Source: an uncultured Thermococci archaeon (GTDB lineage Archaea; CAYQAE01; CAYVLA01). Taken from it: a stretch of DNA of 29,754 bases. The notes below the pieces were generated by a model. The model was not told the DNA's origin and did not search any database. It worked only from the letters and a program-made list of their open reading frames with translations. Positions 9,174 through 16,194 of this stretch are shown here, one piece after another. The stretch spans positions 1 through 29,754 of the forward strand of contig CAZJVP010000103.1 of NCBI GenBank assembly GCA_964549615.1. Direction: 5' to 3'. The position numbers were made by a program, and so were the translations under genes. Each line of letters starts with the position of its first letter. Positions within the stretch are counted from its first letter, which is position 1.

Positions 9174-9944
9174 ATGGCGATCTCCGGGCAAAACCTTGCC
9201 CTTCTGGAGGGCTTCTTTGAAGAGATCGGGGAGCGGTACATCAACCTGATCTATGACGAGGCAGGCCTTGGGATTGGCCCGGCCTACTGCTCCTTTCTAA
9301 ACTCGGTTGGCTACGACGGCTACATCGTGCTGATAGACGGCGGCAACTCCTTCAATCCGTACCATGTCACCCGCTACTCAAGGCTGTTCTCGGTGGATGA
9401 GCGAATGGCATTGGACCGGATATGCCTCTCGAGGGCGTTCACTTGCCACCAGCTGTCCGCCTTGCTGGGCGATCGCCTTGAATCCGTCGTGAGAAAGTCC
9501 AGGTCAAGGGTAGCCATCGTCTCGGATCCGACATCCCTCTACATGGAGAGGGCCGCAGAGGAGGACGTTCTGGAGGAGTTTCTGGCCGCTCTTCGGCGGC
9601 TTGTGGAGATCACCTTTTCGCGGCGCTTGACCACGTTGCTGGTCTGCTCACACCGCCTGCCGCGATTCCTTGATGGAGGTGAGATCGAAGATGGGAGGCG
9701 CCAGCGGGCCGCAAGATGCATGGATAGAATTCTGTCGCAGATGTCGGATTCGATCTACAGATTGGAGGAGGGATCGGGCGGGTTGTTGGTCTCGCGATTG
9801 AAGCATCCATGCCTCCCCAAGGGACCGGCCTTCATGCTAGAAAGAGGGGATGCAAGAACACTGGACGAAATCTTGCAATTAGCAAGCCGTGATCATACAC
9901 CGCGCCTGGCCGTCCCAACACCAGCCCTGCTGGGTTGCCCTTGA
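9174..9944 (+). CDS. RadA/RecA-like P-loop protein with degenerate Walker A (PolB2-associated)
   Basis: IVLIDGGNSFNPY, LDRICLSRAFTCHQL and AIVSD are RadA-like. The P-loop position reads LIYDEAGLGIG, lacking GKT. It lies upstream of arCOG07300-like and polB2 genes, a known neighbourhood. Confidence 0.8.
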   Translation: MAISGQNLALLEGFFEEIGERYINLIYDEAGLGIGPAYCSFLNSVGYDGYIVLIDGGNSFNPYHVTRYSRLFSVDERMALDRICLSRAFTCHQLSALLGDRLESVVRKSRSRVAIVSDPTSLYMERAAEEDVLEEFLAALRRLVEITFSRRLTTLLVCSHRLPRFLDGGEIEDGRRQRAARCMDRILSQMSDSIYRLEEGSGGLLVSRLKHPCLPKGPAFMLERGDARTLDEILQLASRDHTPRLAVPTPALLGCP

Positions 9945-10149
9945 CCAAGTGCCAAGCATGCATCTAGGCTCATCCCGCGTGTTCCTTGGGCTTCGAATGC
10001 TTTCGGTCGCCTTCCTCTGATGCCTCCTCCGATGCGAATGCTCTCCACCCAGCCGCGCTCTCGGCACAGTTGCGTCTTCGGATTTGGGTTGTCGGATGGC
10101 TTGAAGAAATGCTTGCCAGGAACCCGAGGGAAAAACCAGGTATCTTGAG

Positions 10150-10400
10150 GCCGTAAATAGGCGAGACGGCTGGGCGAGACTTGAACTCGCGGGAGGTCAA
10201 GGGGATCTCGCCCGGTCTTCAGCCGGGCAGAGTCGACTTCTGTGGGATCCCGCCTCCCTGCATGCAGCGTGGCCGTCTTCGTTGCACCGATCGAGCTTCG
10301 CTGTGGTTGAGTGAAAACGGGGAAAATGTGGATCTCCCCGGATGTGGCATTGCGTTGACGTGGGGCCCGTCAGGCCGGCATGCTTGGTGGGGTGGCCGGC
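10150..10400 (+). ncRNA. Candidate structured RNA in the radA-like/polB2 spacer (unassigned)
   Basis: Nearly back-to-back stems found by eye, including a three-way junction at 10191-10258. No match to tRNA, SRP or RNase P cores. Confidence 0.3.
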
Positions 10401-10460
10401 TGATCGATGGACCGATGGATGGATCTGGCCGTCTGAAACTCAGAGCAGAGGGGGGTTGGA

Positions 10461-10473
10461 AGAGGGCTTTTAT
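10461..10473 (+). promoter_or_regulatory. Putative BRE/TATA of the arCOG07300-like/polB2 unit
   Basis: AGAGGGCTTTTAT ends ~49 nt before ATG 10522 and closely resembles the 9134-9149 element. Confidence 0.45.
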
Positions 10474-10521
10474 GGGAAATCCGGCGAGCCATGGAGTGCA
10501 CAATCTCAAAGGGGATCTAGG

Positions 10522-10878
10522 ATGGGCAAGACGGTTCCATCGTTCAGACTGGCTTTGGAGTCCGAGATAGGGAGCTGGAGCCAGTACAGGAGCGCCCTCA
10601 AGAAGGGGGATAGGAGGGTCTTCGACGAGCTGATGGGGCACACACGGATGCATGCCTCGGCCAGCGGCAATGCGGTGAGGACCTCGCCCTTCGAGGCGAT
10701 GCTCCTATCGATATTGATAGAGCAGCAAAAGGCCATATCTAGGTTGAAGGACCAGCTGGATGGGCTTAAGAGGGAGTTGGAGGGACTTGATCAGGGGATG
10801 GTTGCTAGACCTATACCCGGATGGCAACGACCTGGTTGCGTGGATCAAGACGCGCAGCGGGAGGGCGGAGAGCCTTAG
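10522..10878 (+). CDS. Small alpha-helical PolB2-associated protein (arCOG07300-like)
   Basis: MGKTVPSFRLALESEIGSWSQYRSALKKGDRRVFDELM...PFEAMLLSILIEQQKAI matches the recalled family pattern. The start is ATG 10522 inside ORF 10342..10878. It overlaps the polB2 start. Confidence 0.8.
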   Translation: MGKTVPSFRLALESEIGSWSQYRSALKKGDRRVFDELMGHTRMHASASGNAVRTSPFEAMLLSILIEQQKAISRLKDQLDGLKRELEGLDQGMVARPIPGWQRPGCVDQDAQREGGEP

Positions 10879-13012
10879 ATTTCGATACCCGCCCTCCTTC
10901 TACGCCGCCGCCTCTGAGGATGGGATGGAGTTCCTCCGGTCAAAAATGGAGGAGGGAGAACTTCAGGTCAGGACGGGGTATGCCTGGAAGAGGGTGGACA
11001 TCAGGGACTATGAGAAGAGGAAGGTCCTGCGGGTGGAGGTTGGGTCGCAAAGCTTCAAGAACGTGGTTTCAAAGCTCCCATCGCTTGAGGAGAGGGGATT
11101 CCGCTTCTTCAACGTGGATGTGCCGAGGCCCCAGGGATTTCTGTACGAGCAGGACCTGTTTCCGATGGGGCTGGTCTGCGTCCGGTCATCCGGGCTTGGC
11201 GGGATCGAGAGCCTAGATGATAGGTTTGCCTTGGATTACGAAACCCCACCCCTGAAGGCTCTGAGCATCTCCGTGCGTCCCAAGGCATCAACCGACATGG
11301 CCATCGAGAGCATAGCGCTGGGTCTGGATGGCGAAGGATTCGAGGTGGACGGTGCCAGCGAGGACGAAAAAATGATCCACATGGTCGAGGCGGTGAACGA
11401 GATCGATCCCGACGTGATCTACGCCAGCGGAAGGGATCTGGTGCACATATCCAAGAGGGCTCAAGCCAGGGGGATCCTGCATGAGATCGTCCTGGGGAGG
11501 GATGGGGCTAGGCAGCTTTCCAGGAGCGGGAAGGGGAAGTCCTACTTCTCCTACGGGACCGTCTACTACAAGGAGCCCACCCAACCCCTCTTCGGCAGGG
11601 TGCACATAGATCCTGAGAACTCCTTCATGTACGAGGACTCCGGGCTGGAGGGCCTGATCGAGTTGGCCAGACTTACCAAGATACCCTTGCAGAAGTGTTC
11701 CACCACATCGCCCGGGACCGGCATCAGCTCGATGCAGCTGGACCAGGCCTACCGCGAGGACCTTCTGATCCCGTGGAGGAAGCAGGAGCCGGAGGCCTTC
11801 AAGTCGGCATCGCACCTGCTTGAGTGCGACAGGGGAGGATTCGTTTTCGAGCCCGGCCTAGGCCTCCATACCCATGTCGGCGAGATCGATTTCACCTCGA
11901 TGTACCCGAGCATCATGGAGAGGCACAACATCTCCGCAGAGACCGTCCTGTGCGATTGTTGCCGGGAAGCCGACGCCCCGAAGGTCCCGACCTGCGGCTA
12001 CCACATCTGCAAAAGGAGAAGGGGCATAGTTCCCAAGGTGCTCAAGCCTCTCCTTGAGAGGAGGGCGTACTACAAGAAGCTTGCGAAGAGCGGGGGAGAG
12101 GACGCAACCGGGTACGATAGGAGACAACGGGCGATAAAGTGGCTTTTGGTGACCTGCTTTGGGTACCTCGGCTACAGGAACGCAAGGTTCGGGAGGGTGG
12201 AGGCACACGAGGCCGTAACGGCCTTCGGTCGAGACAAGCTCTTCAAGGCCGTCAGGGTCGCCGAGGAGTCGGGGTACGAGGTCCTCCATGGAATCGTGGA
12301 CAGCCTCTGGCTTAAACGTGCCGACGCCACGGAGGCGGATTATGAGGAGCTCTGTGCAAGAATCCGGGATTGCTCTGAGCTCTCCATATCCCTTGAGGGC
12401 ATCTATAGGTGGGTGGTCTTCCTTCCCTCCAAGATGTATCCGGGTGTCCCGGTGCTGAACAGGTACTTCGGGGTTTTCGAAAACGGGGAGATAAAGGCAA
12501 GAGGCATAGAGCTGCGGAGATCGGACACGCCCGGAATAGTGCGCAGGGCCCAGCTCGATATGTTGAAGGTTTTGTCCGAGGCCCGGGATCTGGAGGGATA
12601 CTTGGACAGGCTTGGGAAATGCGTCTCGATAATCCGAGCATACGCGGATCTGATCCGCAGGGGTGATGTTGGTCTAGAGGACCTGGTCGTATCGAGGCGC
12701 GTGTCCAAGGCCCCATGGGAGTACGCCAACCTGAACCACATCTCGATCTCAAGCCGGAAGCTGCACATGGCCGGGAGGACGGTGCGGCCGGGGCAGTTCA
12801 TCGGATACGTCGTGACCAAGGCATCCTCCCCCGATCCCTGGGAAAGGGTGGAGCCCGTCGAGTTCTACGAGGAGGGCTCAAGGTACGATTGTGGCAAGTA
12901 CATCGACGATGTCATAAAGGCCGGTGCCACCCTCTTTGAAGGGTTGGGCTACAACGAGGATTTCATCCGCGCCATGGTACTGGACGGCACTCGGCAGACC
13001 GCCCTGGCCTGA
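10787..13012 (+). CDS. polB2: Archaeal family B DNA polymerase, PolB2 group
   Basis: Motif A EIDFTSMYPSIM, motif B KWLLVTCFGYLGY, motif C HGIVDSLW (YGDTDS with the first Asp replaced), NRYFG, KARGIELRRSD. No recognisable intact exonuclease motifs. TTG 10787 follows GGAGG. Confidence 0.9.
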   Translation: MIRGWLLDLYPDGNDLVAWIKTRSGRAESLRFRYPPSFYAAASEDGMEFLRSKMEEGELQVRTGYAWKRVDIRDYEKRKVLRVEVGSQSFKNVVSKLPSLEERGFRFFNVDVPRPQGFLYEQDLFPMGLVCVRSSGLGGIESLDDRFALDYETPPLKALSISVRPKASTDMAIESIALGLDGEGFEVDGASEDEKMIHMVEAVNEIDPDVIYASGRDLVHISKRAQARGILHEIVLGRDGARQLSRSGKGKSYFSYGTVYYKEPTQPLFGRVHIDPENSFMYEDSGLEGLIELARLTKIPLQKCSTTSPGTGISSMQLDQAYREDLLIPWRKQEPEAFKSASHLLECDRGGFVFEPGLGLHTHVGEIDFTSMYPSIMERHNISAETVLCDCCREADAPKVPTCGYHICKRRRGIVPKVLKPLLERRAYYKKLAKSGGEDATGYDRRQRAIKWLLVTCFGYLGYRNARFGRVEAHEAVTAFGRDKLFKAVRVAEESGYEVLHGIVDSLWLKRADATEADYEELCARIRDCSELSISLEGIYRWVVFLPSKMYPGVPVLNRYFGVFENGEIKARGIELRRSDTPGIVRRAQLDMLKVLSEARDLEGYLDRLGKCVSIIRAYADLIRRGDVGLEDLVVSRRVSKAPWEYANLNHISISSRKLHMAGRTVRPGQFIGYVVTKASSPDPWERVEPVEFYEEGSRYDCGKYIDDVIKAGATLFEGLGYNEDFIRAMVLDGTRQTALA

Positions 13013-13101
13013 TCCGCTGAACCGATCGCGCGCGTATGCATTTCGGAAGCCCGCGACCCGCGTCGGGCTCGAATGGAGACTGCGGCAAGCGCCCCGAGCC
13101 C

Positions 13102-13905
13102 TCAGCGCAGCACGGAGTTGAGAAGTCCCAAGTGGCGGTGCGGCTTCGTCAAGAACTCAAAAGCCTCGGGGTTCTGCAACAACGCCTCGTACATGGCCCT
13201 GCCCCTTACCAGTCCCAGCTGCGGGAATTCCTTGACGGGCACGGTCCTGACCGGCGGAGGGTTGATGTACCTCTTGTTAGGCAGCCATTCGGGTCTGCCG
13301 CCTTCGCTGACAAGGTGGTAAACCGCGCCGCCGAGCCTCCTGTATGGTTCGTACTCGGACTGGAAGCCATCCGCCGTGACGTTCGTCATGACCAGGGTTG
13401 TCTTGTAGGGGTTGATGGTGACGTGCCCGTAGTCCGGTGGAATTATCACCCGGTCGCCCGTGCGGGCTTGTACCTGCACCACATCCACGACCCTGCGCGG
13501 ATCAGCAAGCGCCCGGACCTTCTGAAGAAGGTATACGGCCTCGCCGTGGATGACCTCGTAGATCTCAGGATACGAAAGGCCGTACGCAGGCATCACCGGG
13601 TGGTAGTGGCCAGCCGTCTTTATGAACTCGCGACCGATGAGCCCGCCCCTGATGACGGTCGCATCGAATCTGAGATTATGTGATCTGAGCACGGCCTCGT
13701 CCCTGGCGAAGTGCAGATCCCTGTACATCCAGTAAAGGATCTTGGGTGCCTTCTCATCGGGGGCAAGCAGGACCTCCCGCATCTCATCGGAGGTGCGGGG
13801 GACGGGCTTGGATGACCTGAGGTCGCCGCCCAACAGGAGGCGGAGGCGCCGTTCGTCGAGCTTGAGCGGAAGCGACGAGCTGTGCGTCAGGTCAACCGAG
13901 TTCAT
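13102..13905 (-). CDS. pgiA: Cupin-type glucose-6-phosphate isomerase (archaeal PGI family)
   Basis: LYWMYRD, LRFDATVI, KTAGHYH, PEIYEVIHGEA, IIPPDYGHVTIN. Start placed at ATG 13905. Confidence 0.85.
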   Translation of the reverse strand: MNSVDLTHSSSLPLKLDERRLRLLLGGDLRSSKPVPRTSDEMREVLLAPDEKAPKILYWMYRDLHFARDEAVLRSHNLRFDATVIRGGLIGREFIKTAGHYHPVMPAYGLSYPEIYEVIHGEAVYLLQKVRALADPRRVVDVVQVQARTGDRVIIPPDYGHVTINPYKTTLVMTNVTADGFQSEYEPYRRLGGAVYHLVSEGGRPEWLPNKRYINPPPVRTVPVKEFPQLGLVRGRAMYEALLQNPEAFEFLTKPHRHLGLLNSVLR

Positions 13906-13956
13906 GTCGATGGACCCAAGAGCCAACGAGGCCACAGAGCTCGTTTGGTGACGGTT

Positions 13957-13969
13957 GATATAACCTTTC
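13957..13969 (-). promoter_or_regulatory. BRE/TATA of the cupin PGI gene
   Basis: The minus strand reads GAAAGGTTATATC ~52 nt upstream of ATG 13905. Confidence 0.55.
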
Positions 13970-14076
13970 GGCTCAAGGCCGAGATGCCCTCGTTTCGCTC
14001 GGATTTGTACCGTTGTGATCCCCTGCTCGGTTTCTTTGCGCGCCGCGGTAGGCGGCGAAGGCCACGGGGTAACCAA

Positions 14077-14092
14077 GAAAAAAGCATTATAA
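14077..14092 (+). promoter_or_regulatory. BRE/TATA of the 14117 gene
   Basis: GAAAAAAGCATTATAA ends 25 nt before ATG 14117. Confidence 0.6.
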
Positions 14093-14116
14093 GGGCCCTG
14101 GGAGATGTCGGGCCGA

Positions 14117-14428
14117 ATGCAAGGCACCCCGGCCTATCCTTTCCCAGGCACGAGATGGCGGCGAAAGAAGAAGAAGGAGTTAAGGAAGAGGATGCTGAAG
14201 ATGGCCAACAGGGACCTCTTCCTGTGGGATCTCAACGAGATCCTCAAGGCTCTGCCTGACAGAGGCCTGGCTGAGAACATTGCGGCGACGGTCTACTCAA
14301 AGGCGTCCAGGCTGGGGATCGATGAAGCCCTCGCGTATGTCGACAGCATGCGCAAGGAGAATAACTTGGACGAGAAGAGCGCCAACTCGATCCGCGACCT
14401 GCTGATGCGAAACAGCGTGAGAAGGTAG
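14117..14428 (+). CDS. Small basic alpha-helical hypothetical protein
   Basis: MQGTPAYPFPGTRWRRKKKKELRKRMLKMANRDLFLWDLNEIL...KASRLGIDEA. Promoter spacing favours ATG 14117; 14105 is an alternative. Confidence 0.7.
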   Translation: MQGTPAYPFPGTRWRRKKKKELRKRMLKMANRDLFLWDLNEILKALPDRGLAENIAATVYSKASRLGIDEALAYVDSMRKENNLDEKSANSIRDLLMRNSVRR

Positions 14429-14503
14429 GAGCCTGCCAACTGCAACGGAGGGGGATCAAGTCTTGCTTTTCAGGCCGAGGCACCCTTCCCCAGGCGGGTC
14501 CGG

Positions 14504-15013
14504 TTGACGCACGACGATTCCCTGCGGAAGGTCGGCCCAGATCCGAGCCAGCGCCTGCTGGAGGCCCTCGGGGCCCTGGACGATGCGCAAGTCAAGAGGA
14601 TCGGGTGGAGGAACTTTGAGTCCTTGTGCGCAAGGCTCCTAGAGGAGAACGGCTATAAAGTTCTCGGAAGCATCTGGTTCCGGGACCAGAACAGGAGATA
14701 CCAGATCGATGTGGTCGGAGCGCTCTTGAGGCGCGTGATCTGCATCGATTGCAAAGCTTGGACGAAGGGCGGGGGCCTCTACAGATCCATCAAAGCCGCG
14801 CGAGACCAGAAGGAAAGGACGATCCAGTTGAGGAGGTGTATGTCGGCGACCAAACTCCAGCCAAGGGACGAAATGCATCTCTATCCGATGGTCGTCACGC
14901 TGAAAAGCGAGGATGTGACAGTCCACGAGGGCGTCCCGGTCGTTCCCTTCGACAAGCTCAACAGCTTCATCGTGGGATTCGACTGGTACGAGGACGAACT
15001 TTTTCGAGTCTGA
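14504..15013 (+). CDS. Mrr-like restriction-endonuclease-fold (PD-(D/E)XK) protein
   Basis: WRNFESLCARLLEENGY...QIDVVG...ICIDCKAW, with C-terminal VPVVPFDKLNSFI. Start is uncertain (TTG). Confidence 0.75.
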   Translation: MTHDDSLRKVGPDPSQRLLEALGALDDAQVKRIGWRNFESLCARLLEENGYKVLGSIWFRDQNRRYQIDVVGALLRRVICIDCKAWTKGGGLYRSIKAARDQKERTIQLRRCMSATKLQPRDEMHLYPMVVTLKSEDVTVHEGVPVVPFDKLNSFIVGFDWYEDELFRV

Positions 15014-15204
15014 CGATGCTATGGGACCTGGATTCATGCAGGCCGGGATGCCGCGCTTAGACACAAGGGGAAGGAAACGCAAGATGAAAGAGGAAAGAGG
15101 ACAAACCTTAATAGCCCATACCTCGCCTTCACCAGCGAGGCTGGAGGCATGACCTCGGCGCCAGATGCTCCCGAGGAGCAGGACGCCCTGTCCGTGGGGG
15201 CAGC

Positions 15205-15233
15205 GATTTGCATCAAATTTTTTGACGTAAATC
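15205..15233. promoter_or_regulatory. AT-rich 13-bp inverted repeat upstream of speB
   Basis: GATTTGCATCAAA-TTT-TTTGACGTAAATC; 11/13 Watson-Crick pairs plus one G-T. Confidence 0.45.
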
Positions 15234-15261
15234 TCTTAGGCTGGGAGGCAGGGAAACGAAG

Positions 15262-16173
15262 ATGAGACCCTATATCCCACGTTATCCGCCCTTCACCTTC
15301 GGCGGCCTCGACAACCCGACCCTAGAGGAATCCAGGATCGTCATCATCCCCGTCCCATTCGACTCCACGGCTTCATATCGCTCCGGAACCCGGGATGGCC
15401 CCGAGTCCATCATCGATGCGTCGCGGTACATGGAGCTCTTCGACCGTGAGACCGGCTGGTCACCGTGTGAAGCCGGAATCCACACGGCGCCCGGCTTGGA
15501 ACCCTCGCGAGGAAGCGTGGAGCAGACCCTAGTGAGGGTCAGGGACGCGGTAACCGAGGTACTTGCCGCGGGCAAGTTCCCGGTCCTGCTCGGTGGAGAG
15601 CACTCCATAACCATCGGCGCGGTGAACGCCGCGGCGGACATTTGGAAGGATCTGCATGTTGTGACGCTCGACGCGCACTGCGACCTTAGGGAGGAGTACG
15701 AGGGCTCGAGGCACAGCCACGCGTGCACCATGAGGCGGGTATTGGACGTTGCGCGGAAAGTGACGGGCTTTGGCATGAGGTCCTGCAGTGAGGAGGAGTG
15801 GGACCTGATCAAGGAGAAAGGCTATGAGTTCTACTTCTGGAGCGAAGGCGATCGAACGCTAAGCCTAAGGTCCCTCAGAAAAGCAATCCGGGCCATCAGC
15901 CGGATAGGGTCCCCCATCTACCTCACCGTCGACCTTGACGTCCTAAACCCGGCCGAGCTTCCCGCCGTCGGGACCCCTGAGCCCTCGGGCCCATCCTTCG
16001 ACGACATCCTACCGCTGATCCGGACGATCGCGCGAAGAGAAAACCTAGTCGGCGCGGACCTCGTGGAGCTGGCCCCCATCGCGGGCGAAACCCGAAGCGA
16101 GTTCCTCGCTGCAAGGCTTCTCTACAAGATCATCGCATATCGCTTCAACCCGGGAAGGGCTGCAGAACCGTAG
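15262..16173 (+). CDS. speB: Agmatinase (ureohydrolase)
   Basis: PFDSTASYRSGTRDGP, LGGEHSIT, DAHCD, SHAC, DLDVLNP, VGTPEPSG, DLVELAP. Confidence 0.9.
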   Translation: MRPYIPRYPPFTFGGLDNPTLEESRIVIIPVPFDSTASYRSGTRDGPESIIDASRYMELFDRETGWSPCEAGIHTAPGLEPSRGSVEQTLVRVRDAVTEVLAAGKFPVLLGGEHSITIGAVNAAADIWKDLHVVTLDAHCDLREEYEGSRHSHACTMRRVLDVARKVTGFGMRSCSEEEWDLIKEKGYEFYFWSEGDRTLSLRSLRKAIRAISRIGSPIYLTVDLDVLNPAELPAVGTPEPSGPSFDDILPLIRTIARRENLVGADLVELAPIAGETRSEFLAARLLYKIIAYRFNPGRAAEP

Positions 16174-16194
16174 TTCACGAAGGAGGGAGATGGA

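Noticed and set aside
9945-10521. Spacer as tRNA, SRP RNA, RNase P RNA or CRISPR array; ORFs 10181..10570 and 10219..10653 as genes
   Set aside because: No T-loop cloverleaf, SRP helix-8 motif, RNase P P4 motif or regularly spaced repeats. The ORFs have no recognisable motifs and overlap the real gene at 10522.
10787-13012. PolB as a mobile-element polymerase (casposon/pipolin) or a pseudogene
   Set aside because: No cas1, integrase, terminal repeats or protein-priming inserts. The frame is intact, and the motif C change plus neighbours are typical of PolB2.
14155-14200. RWRRKKKKELRKRM as ribosomal protein L41e
   Set aside because: It is embedded in frame in a ~100-aa ORF with no separate start or stop; the similarity is compositional only.
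15178-15191. GCAGG-ACGC-CCTGT hairpin upstream of a ureohydrolase as a guanidine-II riboswitch
   Set aside because: The loop is ACGC rather than ACGR and there is no second matching hairpin; the enzyme looks like an ordinary agmatinase.
15215-15225. AAATTTTTT as a -1 frameshift site fusing the uORF to speB
   Set aside because: The heptamer is not in X XXY YYZ register, and the -1 frame meets TGA at once (15223-25).
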